A stretch of DNA of 64,000 nucleotides. Origin: Octopus sinensis (Eukaryota). Below, in pieces: positions 24,339 to 38,484 of the stretch. Every line of letters starts with the position of its first letter. The first letter of the stretch is position 1. Under the pieces are notes generated by a model. It was not told the origin of the DNA and did no database searches. It was given only the letters and a program-made list of their open reading frames with translations. The stretch covers positions 97,402,001 through 97,466,000 of the forward strand of contig NC_043004.1 of NCBI RefSeq assembly GCF_006345805.1, in the 5' to 3' direction. The position numbers and the translations under genes are program-made.

Positions 24339-24689
24339 GATTGTTTGCCAACATAACATGGCAGTCCTGATTTAGGACTAATGTTGCTGTAATTTAGCCC
24401 CAAGAGACATCGCGTATCGCAATATCTGTGTATCGCTGCCAAATTCCCATCTAAAATATATAGTTTTCAAAATGACAACTAATCACTTTAAAAACTATAT
24501 ATCTTGAATGGGAATTTGGTAGCACCATCTCAAGTCGAACAATTATTCTGTGCTGATGAAGAGAAATAACCCAGAAATTGCAATACACAGTTCGTGTCGT
24601 ATAGCCAGATGGAAACGATGACTCCTGGGGCTAAATTACAGCAACATTAGTCCTAAACCAGGACTGCCATGTTATGTTGGCAGACAATC
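24339..24689. mobile_element. Nested inverted-repeat element enclosing an HHR-like motif (PLE-terminus-like)
   Basis: 74-bp arms at 24339-24412/24616-24689; inner 41-bp hairpin at 24435-24475/24483-24523. Confidence 0.85.
24548..24590 (+). ncRNA. Minimal type I hammerhead-like motif with a weak stem II
   Basis: CUGUG-CUGAUGA-A-GAG(AAAUAA)CCC-A-GAAA-UUGCAA-UA-CACAG; stem I CUGUG/CACAG, palindromic AUUGCAAU. Confidence 0.6.
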
Positions 24690-24699
24690 ATCCTTACAC

Positions 24700-24925
24700 T
24701 CTGTCGTCCATGCACGCTGGCATTACACATCCAGCAAAGTATACTAGCTTCATTTTTTACACATGTCCTTAGCAGTCACAGCCTATGTTTCCCTGCCATG
24801 TAACATGGCTGTTCACACACAGGCATCATACAGTCTGTCTTTCATGCTGAGAGAGAGGCCGTTTGTTGCCAGCAGAGGTAGGAGCTCTCTGAACTTTGCC
24901 CAACCTATTCTTATTCTAGCAGCTA
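24700..24925 (-). mobile_element. RTE LINE fragment
   Basis: ARIRIGWAKFRELLPLLATNGLSLSMKDRLYDACV*TAMLHGRET. Confidence 0.8.
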
Positions 24926-25904
24926 CACATGGCTATATTTTGTTGTATTAAAATTGTTTTTAAGTGTTTAGATTTTTATTATTCGTGCATTTTTATAGGC
25001 ATTTAGTATGTCTAAGTACAATTTAAATGGTATTTAGTTCTGATGGTGATTTAAGTATATGTTCTGATATACTTATTGTATTAATTCTGTGTATTGTAGT
25101 GAAAATGGTGTATGTTTCTTTTTGATGAGATACAAAAAAAAAGAGGTCTAATGGTAGAATAATGACTATAGAGCATATTGTTGAGAATACTGCTTGAAAT
25201 AGGACAAAATTCAGGCATAAAATATAATATTTAAATCACAAAGACATGGCTTGGGTGAAGTTTTGTTTGAAAATAACTAAATTCATTTAAGAATGTGTAT
25301 ATTTTTTTGTTTTATAATGTCAATTGAATAGTGTGTGTGTGTGTGTGTGTTTAAAATATTCAAACATTTTTAGGGGTTTAAAATGTCAAAATGTTTACAA
25401 GCAAATAATTAAAAGTAGCAAAGAGAGGATTAAATGAATTTTGTGTTTTAAACATTTAAATGTAATTCTGTTGAAGGAATGCCAAAGGAGAAGTTAAAGG
25501 CTAGCAAAAGACAATGAAAAAAAAAAAAGAAGACAACTTACTCATGGCCACTGGAGGGAAAAGAGAGAGAATAAATAATAAAAGGAAAGCTAGATAATTA
25601 AGTAAAATTAAAACTCAAAAGACTGTTGGGTTCTCATTGGCTAAATACAAGACTTAATGTTTTGGTTCAGATTTAACAATTCATGATCTATGATAAAACC
25701 ACAAAACCAAACTGGCTGCAGACGACTGGATGAGTCGCTACAGCTTCATTTCTCAAAATTTGCAGGAAATATTAGTTAATCTAAATGAAATATGTCAGTA
25801 AGGTACAACATCTTGAACAGAGTAATTATGGCTAACCTTCATACAAAGCAATGTCATTGAAACACGGTAACAAAGGAACATTGATATTAATAATAATAAT
25901 AATA

Positions 25905-26115
25905 AAACATTGTGTACAGTGCTCAGGTGCACTACAACTCATCTAAAGTGTATGTATAGTACATAGGGTAATGTACAAGCATCAGGAAAAGAACAATGCA
26001 TGAGTCATGACATACACATATGTGTATGAGTATGGAAGGGGGACAATCAGGTGTAGTTTCGGCGGATTTCAAAGAGCATGATCGCCTTAAAGGATGCAGT
26101 GTCATGGCAGTCAAC
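25905..26115 (-). mobile_element. CR1-like LINE 3' tip, homologous to 30832-31030
   Basis: Shared gtgctcaggtgcac-acaact and aggtgtagt---ggcg-at...aaggatgca. Confidence 0.7.
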
Positions 26116-26178
26116 AAGTCAACCAAGTCAACCAAGTCAAGTCAACAAGTCAACCAAGTCAACCAAGTCAACAGTCAA
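26109..26178. repeat. 8-9-bp tandem repeat (AAGTCAACC)
   Basis: Direct reading; lies at the truncation point of the LINE fragment. Confidence 0.9.
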
Positions 26179-26292
26179 TATTTGATCTATAGGAAATAAC
26201 AGCCAAACCTCCCTCAAATCATGTTCTGTCATCTTTACATAAAGAAGGCCATACTGGATAATACAGTAACCTGATAAACAAAGAGGAACAAT

Positions 26293-26611
26293 TTGTTTTT
26301 TGTTGCTTGTTCCTTCTCGAGCCATGTCAAGCTCATAAGGCCAGTTTCTTGGTTTCCTTGGCATATAGGTTCCCCACCTGGATGAGATGCCGGTCCATCG
26401 CAAGGTGGACAGCAAGATGCAGGAAGAAAGAGTGAGAGAAACTTGTGGCGAAAGAGTCAGCAGAAGCTCACCATTACCTTCTGCCAGAGCCGCGTGGAGC
26501 TTAGGTGTTTCACTCATAACTCATAAACAGACACATCGCCCGGTCTGAGATTCGAACCCACGATCCCTTAACCACGAGTCCGCTGCTCTAACCACTAGGT
26601 CATGTGCCTCC
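26293..26611 (-). mobile_element. Family D SINE with a 15-bp TSD
   Basis: acaaagaggaacaat at 26278-26292 and 26612-26626; reverse complement of 5536-5842. Confidence 0.9.
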
Positions 26612-28190
26612 ACAAAGAGGAACAATGGTCAAGGCTAAAACAGTTTTGATCATATGTCTGCTCCATCAGAGTTGCCTGAAGCTAAACAACAACATATGAA
26701 GTGATAAAGAATCCTGTTTAAGGTCATTCCTTTTGCTGGAAATAGCAACCAAATTTCTGTAAACTCACACCATACACTTTTTAAGTAAAAAGGGATACAT
26801 TGAAAAAAATGCTTTACTTTAAGAGGTAAATAGACAAGACCACTGTAAGCAGTGGAAAAATTATCGAATTCTTCTGTGTGTGTGCTTTTATTTCTGTATG
26901 AGTTAATAAGAGAAGGAAAGCTAGCACTTGTAAATTTTTTATCATGGCCTCCAAGGCTGGTGGCTCAAAGGAAGGACATTATTCTCAGCCTGAAGGTATG
27001 GCCCACATAATTGCAAACAGAATAGACACTTTTAAAGACGCTCAACAATCATGTTATGTTGCTAAACAAAATAATAGATTAAACCTTTGAAGAAAGAACA
27101 TGAACAAACATTCTGATAGGCTTCCTTTAGGTTTCCATTTACAAAATTTTTGTTGATAAGGCTTCAATCAACCCAGGATTAGAGTAGAATACGCCTACTC
27201 AAAGGGCTGCAAAACAGGATTGAACCTGAAACAACATAGTTGTAAGGTAGGCATCTTAATTACATGCCAATTATCTATGCTAATCTCATATATTTTTATG
27301 ACCTTAGCACCCTAAAAGACATGGAATATGGAATTTTCTCTGATCAATATGCTTGCACTTCACTTTGTAAGAATGCACAGTCAAAAGCTTGACCTAAGAA
27401 CTTGAATGGTCCTCCTGACATTCTTTCACAGAGTTTCCTTCTACAAAATTTCACTCATAAGTCTTTGGTCATCTAAAGTGCTGTGCAGTGGAATTGAACC
27501 AAAGACCACGTTGCTGTAAAGCAAAGATAATAACCACAGACCAACTATCCTTGCTAATCACATATTCTTTTATAGCTTAGCATCTTATGCGGTTACAAAA
27601 TTATTCTGTAGCTTTCTGGGGTCTGCACACTGTGATATTTCTTTGTGCACAATCAGAAGAGATTGTGCTGAGTGGGCAATCAAAACAGTGAGTGACAAGA
27701 GTTTGATCTTTGCATTGATTTTATTATACCATCCAACTATAAGCCATATATCCACCCTGCTTGTAAGTTTGTCAGACAAAATAGCCCTTCAACACATGTA
27801 GCTGTAGTGAAGTAGAACATGGTATAACCCTGTAAGTGAAACACTCAGAAATTCCATCATGCATGAAGCTATATAGTGCCAAAGTTGAAACTGACAATCA
27901 AGGGATTCAGTGAACCAAAAGATTTTGCATTGCTTTCCTATTGATATGGAACAAATTTTACCAAATATTTCAGCAGGCTTTGGTGTGTGTGTATATATAT
28001 ATATACTGTTGTAAAGATGTGTGAGTATGCTTATTTATGTCCATAGCTTTCTGTGTATGTGTGTCTATCTATATATGATTGTATATAACCAGGTCTGTTT
28101 CTCTCTTTGTGTGACACTGTGTGTGTATGTGGTGATGGTTGGTGGTGTATTTATGTGTGTGAGTGCATATATAGAGATATGCATACATAC

Positions 28191-28252
<62 letters not shown>

Positions 28253-29516
28253 GTGCATGTATATGTATATGTGTATGCACAAGCTTGTATGTATATTTAT
28301 GTATAATATATGTATTCACAAACACACAGTATACATACATGGATACATACATACATACATGCATACATGCATACATACATACATACATACATAAATACAT
28401 ACATACATACACACATACACATGTGTGTATGTGTGCATGTATGGGTGTTTGTGTTTGCGAATGAATCAGAGTTGTACTTTCAGCATTTAGCAGATTGTGT
28501 GTTGCTTTAATATTCTCACTCCTGTCGTAAATTTATATGATGGCCAAGGAAGGTTTCCAGGGTCAAATAGCTTTGCTCTGTTTTGATGAAACATCTAGTG
28601 ATATTTTCTGTAGGTGCTAAGAACCCTGTCAGATATTAGCTGTCCATGAATGACAAAGGATTTCTGCAGATATCTTTCCAGAATGCAATAAGAGAAAATT
28701 GAATTTCAGGTTTTGAAATTTGATGGTAAATGATTGCTCAATGTGCTGTAGATGTGAAGAATCTCTATCAAATCCACACAACATCACTAGATTGATTTCA
28801 GCAAGGTTGTGGGGTGAAAATATGAATATAGCTGGAAGCTTGTGTCTATGAGGAATGATTAAGTTAATATATATGCGTGTATATGTGCGTGTGTGCTTGC
28901 TTCTCTGTGTTTGTATTTGTGTATGAGGATGACTTTTGTTTGCAGTTTGCTTTTAATTTCATTTTGGTTTACTTTAAAGCTATAGTGTGTGGTGAGGTTA
29001 AGCTTCAAGCACATTAAAGCTATATAACTTGCCACTGATTACCAGCTGATGCCCATCCACATCACTTCGACAGTTTAGTAGTGTTTGGATTTGAAAACTG
29101 TCACTATATTATTTCGTAGATATAACTACGTTTCCATCAATACTGCTGCTGCTGTTGTTGCTTCTGATGTCACTGTAGCTGTTGTTGTTGTTGTTGTGTT
29201 GGTTGTGGTTGTAATGGAAGCAATGGATGATGGTATCATTGTTATTGCTGTTGTTGCTACCAGTATTATTGCGTACTGTTGGTGATATTTTTGACATTGA
29301 TATTACCATCACCTGAACTAGACACCTTAGTGTGTGGTATATTATATACTATACCTTACAGGATATATGTGTGAGAGTACACACACACACTGACAGACAG
29401 ACACAAACACACACAAACACACATATTTATATACATATATATATTTGTGTATGCATAGATATATGTATGTGCGTTTATATATATATAGTGGCTGTGTTTA
29501 TATATATATATATATA

Positions 29517-29780
29517 GTGGCTGTGTGGTAAGTAGCTTGCTAACCAACCACATGGTTCCGGGTTCAGTCCCACTGCGTTGCATTTTGGGCAAGTGTCTTC
29601 TGCTATAGCCCCGGGCCGACCAATGCCTTGTGAGTGGATTTGGTAGACGGAAACTGAAAGAAGCCTGTCGTATATATGTATATATACATATATGTGTATG
29701 TGTGTGTGTTTGTGTTTGTCCCCCTAGCATTGCCTGACAACCGATGCTGGTGTGTTTATGTCCACGATACTTAGCGGTTC
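29517..29780 (+). mobile_element. Family A tRNA/CORE-like SINE, 3'-truncated
   Basis: agtggctgtgtggtaag, B box gggttcagtccc, ttgggcaagtgtcttct, internal (TA)/(TG) tract. Confidence 0.92.
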
Positions 29781-30005
29781 AAACACAGGGACAAACACAG
29801 ACACACAAACATACACACACACATATATATATACATATATACGACGGGCTTCTTTCAGTTTCCGCCTACCAAATCCACTCACAAGGCTTTGGTCAGCCCG
29901 TGGCTATAGTGGAAGACACTTGCCCAAGGTGCCACGCAGTGGGACTGAACCCGGAACCATGTGGTTGGTAAGCAAGCTACTTACCACACAGCCACTCCTG
30001 CGCCT
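29781..30005 (-). mobile_element. Family A SINE, inverted and abutting the previous copy
   Basis: Ends in cacagccactcctgcgcc, the reverse complement of the family head. Confidence 0.92.
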
Positions 30006-30056
<51 letters not shown>

Positions 30057-30768
30057 AATCATAGTGGTTAAAGTGTTGGACTCACAATGATAAGGCAGTG
30101 TGTTTGAATCATGGTGTAGCTGACACATTAAGTCCTTTTGTATGGTACCTTGATTCATGCATGTGCCTGTGAGCATGTGAATATGTGCACCTGTGAATGT
30201 ACCTGCATGTGTGTGTATGTGTGCATGTGCACATGTGCATGTGTGAGTGTGAAAATTATAATGGAATTCATTTCGATATCTGGCCTTGTTCCGATTCAGA
30301 CTATGCCAAACAATTTTTGAAATAGAGAAATTTCTGAAATAGAGAAATTCATTACTAAGAGTATTTCACTAGAGCAAAACAACTTTGATTGTACCACCCG
30401 AAATTTCTCTCTGCAATGAATAAGATAAAACAATAACTAAAACAAGATTAAATTTTATTAATTAATTCATCAAATATTAATAAGAATGAAAGTATTTTGA
30501 CTGTCTCTCATCATTTTCTTTTTTATGGAATCAGCAATGTTTTTTCAAATTTCCTCCTATGGATTCACATTTGTTGAAATGGAAGTCTTCCAAACATGAT
30601 CAAATATACTTTTTTCTAATCTATGTATCAACTCATAAAAAGACAATACCAATTAAAATTATTAAGTGAAAAATATGAATTAAAATTAATGAAACTTAAT
30701 ACAGTTTATGATGAAATGATCTGTTAACACAATATAATATAGTTCAAAATAATAAATACTATTTATAA

Positions 30769-30830
<62 letters not shown>

Positions 30831-30831
30831 A

Positions 30832-31330
30832 ATTATTGTATAGAGTGCTCAGGTGCACCACAACTTGTCAAAAGTGCATATAAAGCATATGCAGTAATGT
30901 ACAAATGTCTGGAAAGTGAACAGTGTATGAGTAAGATACATGCTTGTATGTGTATGGAGGGGAGAAAATTAGGTGTAGTGTTGGCGAATCTCAGGAAGCA
31001 TGGAAGTTTTGAAGGATGCACTGCTCCGACAACTAACAACTGATGCTGGCAGTTTGTTCATGCTTCGGCAACTCTCAGTGTGAAAAAATGTTTCTGAAAG
31101 TCATGGGAGCCGTGCTGCTTTCTGACTTTGTAAACATGTCCATGGGTGTTAGACAGGTGGAGTTTGAAAAGGTGCTCAGAGTTATTATAGTAAGATGGTT
31201 AATGATTTATGGGTGTCTGCCAAGTCAGCTGCCAGATGTCAGAGTTTCAATGTATCCATGCCCAGGGAAGTAAGGCGTTCATAGTATGGCAAATGCTTGA
31301 TGGAGGGTATTCTCTTGGTTGCACGTCACT
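30832..31330 (-). mobile_element. CR1-like LINE 3' end
   Basis: Frameshifted HDFQKHFFTLRVAEA..NKLPASVVSCRSSASFKTSMLPEIRQHYT*; adjacent (TAA)n at 30770-30830. Confidence 0.75.
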
Positions 31331-31590
31331 GAACGGTTTCCAGACAATTAATATCCTGGGCAAGATAGGGGTTCCAGACAAGTGATGCAAGATGTTAATG
31401 GATAAATCTGTGCCCAAATGCATTAAATGCGTAGAACATTACAGTTTGAAAGAAAGAGCAAAGCATGCCACAAAGACATTGCTCCTGTTCTTGATCTAAA
31501 AGACTACTTCAGAATCATTAATGGAGAAGTGCTTAGAATGTGGAATTATGTTAGACAGACTGATTGCATCTGCTTGAAGATGATTCTTCG

Positions 31591-31624
<34 letters not shown>

Positions 31625-31628
<4 letters not shown>

Positions 31629-31825
31629 ATCCAAACATGAAAACACAACAATGTGAGGACGTGGAACAAGTATAGTATTGTTGGCCACTCAGGAAAGAAG
31701 GAAAGAAGGAGGGTTTAACGTTTTGAGCAGAACTCTTCGTCGGAAACATAGGAAAAGGAAAGATCCAAAGATGGGAAGACGGAGGAAAAAAATCGCCAAC
31801 GGTAAACACACAGTCACATTTTGAA
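31625..31825 (-). mobile_element. Family K copy with a mutated hammerhead
   Basis: Reverse complement gtttCCGACGAagagttctgctcAAAAcgTTaaac at 31713-31747. Confidence 0.8.
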
Positions 31826-31829
31826 TGTG

Positions 31830-31863
<34 letters not shown>

Positions 31864-31922
31864 TATATATATATATACATATATACAAACACATATATAT
31901 ACACACACACACACATATACAT

Positions 31923-31957
<35 letters not shown>

Positions 31958-32331
31958 AGCATATATGTATTTGTGTGCCTATGTTTGGTCCCCCCACCAT
32001 CACTTGACACCGATGTTGGTGTGTTTACGTCCCAGTAACTTAGCAGTTTAGCAAACCGGACTGATAGAATAAGTATTAGGCTTACAAAGAATAAGTCCAT
32101 AGGGTCAATTTGTTGGACTAAAGACGAGGCAAATAAAAAGAATTAAAAAGAAAATAAGAATATATATATCATTATTTAGTATCTGCCTTCCATGCTGGCA
32201 TGGGTCATATTTAAGAGATGCATATATTTGCAATCGTTGATTTCCATGCAGAGCAGTTATCATTACAACAGTTTAGTATTCACTGTCAATTATAATATAA
32301 AGAAATTTAACCTGTACATCTGTGTATCTAC

Positions 32332-32363
<32 letters not shown>

Positions 32364-32624
32364 TTTTCCTCTTCCCCTTTTTTCCCCTTTTTTCTTCTTT
32401 TTTTCATTTCTCTTTTCTTTTGTTCCTTTTCTTTTTTTTCTTTTTTTCTTTTATTTTTTGTTCTTTTTTTCCCTTTTACGATCCCTTTTGATCGAAAACC
32501 TACGCCACCTTTTTTTTTTTTCTTTTTTTTGCTTTTTGTTTTTTATCCCCCAAAAGAAAAGCTCTACCTTGTAACTTGTCCCATCTGTGTGCAGCCCTGT
32601 GTGGCCAATAAAGAAACTTATCTG

Positions 32625-32691
<67 letters not shown>

Positions 32692-33049
32692 GTCTCTCAG
32701 TCAGTTGGTCTGTCAGTCTATTTGTCTGTATCTACCTATATGTGTGCGCGTTTGTGTGATGTATATTTTGAGTGTGGGCATGTTTGAGCATACAGTGTGT
32801 TATAAAGTTACTGGTAGAGTGTTTTGTGTGCCGTACACAATAAATTCCTTATTTATTAAAATACCCCTTCGATAGAGAAAGAAAACAAAAACCCAGTGAT
32901 AATAGTAAGCGTTTTCGAATAAGAAGGGGAGATAATGTAAAAAAAATTAAGAACAATTTCTCAGTTGAACTGACATGCTCAGGCAAAAGGACACTTTGAT
33001 TTTTTAATTTATTTTGAACTTATACATGTATGCAATATGTATTCATGCA

Positions 33050-33056
33050 TATAAGT

Positions 33057-33105
<49 letters not shown>

Positions 33106-33342
33106 TATAAATATATAAGCATACATTCATGTAATTTTATAGATATATAAATATATATACATACATACACATGTATTTATATATATGTTCATATATATGC
33201 ATTTATCCTTGTATATTTATCTACACACACACATATATATAAATATATGTATATGTATATTTATTTATGTGTATATATATATATATATATATACATACAT
33301 ACATACGTACACACATACATACATACATACATATATATATAG

Positions 33343-33374
<32 letters not shown>

Positions 33375-33433
33375 TATATATATATAATATATATATTATA
33401 TATATATATATATAATATATATATATATATATA

Positions 33434-33464
<31 letters not shown>

Positions 33465-33469
33465 CATAC

Positions 33470-33554
<85 letters not shown>

Positions 33555-33565
33555 TATAATATATA

Positions 33566-33605
<40 letters not shown>

Positions 33606-33612
33606 TATATAA
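33050..33612. repeat. Compound (TA)n/(CATA)n microsatellite
   Basis: Direct reading. Confidence 0.95.
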
Positions 33613-33661
33613 TGGCGGTGCATCAGCATGGCCGCAGCTCTGAGCTGCAACTAGAGAAAAA

Positions 33662-33693
<32 letters not shown>

Positions 33694-34082
33694 AACTATG
33701 CATACAGACACACATATTTACACAAATATAATCATGTGTATTTCAGTGATCATGGTCTGTGTGCAGGCTAAAAACACAAAAGAAGTCTGCATTGCAATTA
33801 TAAACTGCAGCTAATAAATATGAACATTATTCTTCTCACCATTTGCTGGTGTGTTAGGCCAAATCACATACTCCTTCACACATTATCTAAAACACACATA
33901 CGCACACATACACACCCTTGTTTAAAGTATATGTGTACGTGTTTCACTCTCTCTCTCTCTCTCTGTATGTATGTATATGTGTGTGTGTGTTGTGTGTGCA
34001 TCTGTCACCTCATATTCAGACAACTTTAACTTCTTTATAATTCTCTCTTGTTCGTTGTTTGTTGTTGTTGCTGTCGTTGTCC

Positions 34083-34179
34083 TTCTTCTCCGTCTTCTTC
34101 GTCTTCTTCTTCTTTTTCTTCATCTTCTTCTTCTTCTTCTTCTTCTTCTTCTTCTTCTTCTTCTTCTTCTTCTTCTTCT

Positions 34180-34210
<31 letters not shown>
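34083..34210. repeat. (CTT)n-(CCT)n polypyrimidine tract
   Basis: Direct reading. Confidence 0.95.
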
Positions 34211-34211
<1 letters not shown>

Positions 34212-35550
34212 TTCCTAAGTCTCACAGAAACACATCCTTTGATGCCAAATATAGACACAGCTTTCATTCCAATATACCAGATACTCATACATATAAATTA
34301 TATATATAAACACATACGCATAAACACATACACACACACACACTCTCACACACACACACACACACACACATACAAGTATTCACACCATACTCAGTCATTA
34401 ACAAATACCCTCACACAACCATTCACACACTTAGACATACACACACGCACACACACACACATACACACAGAAACACACACATTCACATACGTACACATGA
34501 ACACTCACACGTACATATCTTAATATTACATATGCAATGCATTATTCATACATCTGTGCATATACATGTGTGAGTGAACTTCTTTTATCAGACCCACTCA
34601 CACACAAGTATATATATATCCTTCCACATCATATACACATCATACACATACATAAGACAATATATTGCGCATATACACATAAGAGATATACATAGGCTTG
34701 TTGAAGCTGTAGATCAGACACGCTTCTTCCCATATCAGATATACACACTCATATACATAAAAGACATACTCTTACATGAACACAATCTTGCCACCACCCC
34801 ATCGATCAGGAGCTGTTTAATAAACAGTAAACCCAGAACAACTGAAGCAATATCTCTTTATTAATTCACAGCTATTTCACGGCTGTCATAATCTTTATTC
34901 CTCTGGATTTGATGGTTAATGCCATGGCTTAAGGCCCTAATATGGAGCGGTAATATTAATGAATATGATGGAGGTGTGATATTGTATTGTACATGCTTCC
35001 ATTTGCATGCATATTTATATACACATTGGCAAATGAATAGACGTTGAGATATATTAGCTGAGACAACACATGCACACATACATACATGCATGCATCCATA
35101 CATGGAGACATACATGTATAAATATATATTCACATACATGCATATATATATATATATACACATGTATACATATATAAAGTTATATTAATGGATATTGCAT
35201 AATATATGATATTGTCAGTGATGTACTCTTCATACTGGGAAAGAAGTGAAAATGCTGAACCTTATTATAATGAGGCACACTTGAACATTGTTTTATAACA
35301 TAAATGTCATGAGCTTAAGTGATAGCAGTTTGTGTTACTTTTGTTGTTGATGAGCAATGGTTAGTACTCTGCTTGAACAGAGCTGTTTTGCAGAGCTGGC
35401 CTATCAACTGTTTAGAAGTCAATAATATATAATATCTCGCACTAGATATTCTATGCTTTGACTAGTGTAGTTTGGGACCACGCTTTTTAGCGATTGTCTA
35501 ATTGATGTACAGAATGTCAACTTGTGTATATATAAATATGTTACATACAA

Positions 35551-35715
35551 GGCGCAGGAGTGGCTGTGTGGTAAGTAGCTTGCTAACCAACCACATGGTT
35601 TCGGGTTCAGTCCCACTGCGTGGCATCTTGGGCAAGTGTCTTCTGCTATAGCCCAGGGCCGACCAATGCCTTGTGAGTGGATTTGGTAGACGGAAACTGA
35701 AAGAAGCCTGTCGTA

Positions 35716-35789
<74 letters not shown>

Positions 35790-36005
35790 ATGTGTTTGTG
35801 TGTCTGTGTTTGTCCCCCTAGCATTGCTTGATAACCGATGCTGGTGTGTTTACATTCCCATCACTTAGCGGTCTGGCAAAAGAGACCGATAGAATAAGTA
35901 CTGGGCTTACAAAGAATAAGTCCCGGGGTCGATTTGCTCGACTAAAGGTGGTGCTCCAGCATGGCCACAGTCAAATGACTGAAACAAGTAAAAGAGAAAA
36001 GAGAG
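35551..36005 (+). mobile_element. Full-length family A SINE
   Basis: ggcgcaggagtggctgtgtggtaag ... caaatgactgaaacaagtaaaagag. Confidence 0.95.
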
Positions 36006-36639
36006 AGAGTATCTATTTTTGTATTTTGCACTTTGTTCATATATACATATATTTGAAAAAAAAGAAAAAATCTGGCAATAACTACAGAAATGGCAGACAA
36101 AGATGGACAATTGATTTGTCACCGTAATTTGGAAATGTTAATCTATCATGTCTGTATATATGAATGCATGCTTCTACAGGTGTGTGTGTGTGTGTGTGCA
36201 GGCTTTGTTATAAATTATATATAATTTCTTAACCCTAATGATACTGATACTATGGGCCATAGGTACTTGTATGCATGCAGGTTGCTGCCTCTCAGCCTGT
36301 ACACTAGATATTGTTAGTGTCATACATTTTGTGTTACAGGCATGTTGTTTCTTTTCATCTTTTCCAGACACAACTCAGCATCAAACTTTGCCATATAAAC
36401 TTGTGAGACTCTATCATCATATCATATTGTAAGAGAGTTCAAATCATTGTTAGGTTATTCTCTTGGTGAGGTAGGTGCATTGATGATTGAGTGTGTAAAG
36501 AGTAAATCTGGATTTTATAAGGAATTTGATTACTGCTTTCATGTTTGGAGTGTTATTGTTTGCAACAAGATGGTAAAAGAGGTTAGGCAATGATGTGTTA
36601 ATTTGCTATTTAGTGGGCACACAAACACACAAACATGCA

Positions 36640-37140
36640 TCATCATCATCAACATCATTATCTTCATCATTAACATCATCATCCTTTAACATCCATTTTC
36701 CATGCTGGCATGGGTTGTGTAGTTCAACCAGAGCTGGCAAGCTGAAGGTCTGTACCAGATTCCAGAATGATTCAGCGTGATACAGTTCTATATTTAAGAG
36801 ATGAGGAATTATGTACATTATTTACATTTGATGGATATTTGTCCTCATCTTGTTTGTTGTTAACATGTTTCAGCTGAAGTACTCTCCAGCCTTCATCAGG
36901 TGTCTTGGGGAAATTTCGAACCTGTGTTATTATTATTATTATTCAGGTCAATGCCTGGAATTGAACTCAGAATCTTTCCCACTACGCCATATGCTCATGG
37001 GCAATTATGGAGTGAATTTTAGGGCTTATAAATCTAATATTTTCCTATCCTTGGTTTCTATGGCTGGATGCCCTTCCTAATGCCAACTACCTTCCTGTGT
37101 CTGCTGGGTACATTTAACATGGCAACAGAGCAATTTTACA
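36640..37140 (-). mobile_element. Family E copy split by a family H element
   Basis: Tail half at 36640-36775; resumes at ttggtttctatggctggatgcccttcctaa (~37051). Confidence 0.7.
36780..37052 (-). mobile_element. Family H element (internally deleted tRNA-like segment, TAA spacer, HHR core)
   Basis: Reverse complement gacacCTGATGAaggctggagagtacttcagctGAAAcatgTT at ~36871-36905. Confidence 0.8.
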
Positions 37141-37429
37141 TGGCAGCTGAACAAATACTTTTTACATGGAAGTGGCACAGGCATGACACCAATAAACGTG
37201 TGTGTGTGTGTGTGTGTTCACTCTTGCTGCAAAAATTCACATGATGGTTGTAAACAAGTATCACTGTCATACAAGCGATGATGTTGGTGCACAGTCTTAT
37301 GTGAATAAAACATGTCTGGTCATGTGAAATATTATTTTTCCTGGGAAAAGTGAGTGTTAGTGACAGGAAGGGCACCCAAACTTAGAAAACCTGACTCAAT
37401 AAATTTCGTCTGACCCAAGTGGACATTAA

Positions 37430-37745
37430 ATGATGGTGGTGATGATGATGACAACGACAATGGTAATGATGATGATGATGATGGCAATGATGATGATAAC
37501 GACGATGATGACGACTGTGATGATGATGATGATAACAATGACAATGATGATGGTGGTGATGATGATGACAACGACAATGGTAATGATGATGATGATGATA
37601 ACAATGACAATGATGATGGTGGTGATGGTGATTATGGTAATGATGTGATGATGATTATGATGATGATGACGACAATGGTGATGATGACGATCTTGGTAAC
37701 AATAACAATAATGATGACGATGATGATGATTATGATGATGATAAT
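37430..37745. repeat. Degenerate (GAT)n with a ~117-bp higher-order duplication
   Basis: gatggtggtgatgatgatgacaacgacaatggtaatgatg at 37432 and 37549. Confidence 0.9.
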
Positions 37746-38484
37746 GGAGACTTTTCTATATCATTTACCAAACCTTTCTTAACTTGAAAACTTCTAAGTT
37801 GGTGATAAACCAAATTTAGTGAACATTTTAAAAAAGCAAGCTAAAATTCAAGACATGTTCTTACCAAACATCACTATTTTGTTGACCGACCTAAATTCCT
37901 ATGCGTTCATGATTTATTATTATCTTGGAATTTACTTCTAAGACTACAATAACTATAAAATATGAAATTCTTTCAAACGTATTTTTCTCTGCAAAGATTG
38001 TTAGCATCTAATGAGAAATTATGACTGAAGACTAACTGTTTCAACTGGTATGTACAACTTAGTTCACTAAGATATTACAGATGCACTTACATTCCTGATA
38101 AATCAAAAAACAAAAACAAAAAAAAACAGTAACGGTAACTCTTGTTAATGAAGATGCAAAAAAAAATTAAAAACAAAGTAAAAATAGGTGAAAGCAAACT
38201 GAATCATACCAATTAAGAATAGTAACTAATTAGTTCTTTTACAGTAATTAACCAATCTTAATTGTAACTTCAAGAAACTTCTTGCAGTTCTCTTGAGAAC
38301 TTCTCATTTCTCCTTCCACAGAAAGATGCCAACAGCATATCTCCTTTCCAGTATTGGTGTAGATATTTTACTATAAAAGTTACATTGTTTTTGCATGAAT
38401 AGCAATATAGATACATATGTAAGTTAGTACACATTCATACATACAAACGCATGTACACATAGACATATGTACATACATGTGTAT

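Noticed and set aside
38300-38360. Possible small host exon after a polypyrimidine-CAG acceptor
   Set aside because: Weak donor, no recognisable protein motif and no partner exons
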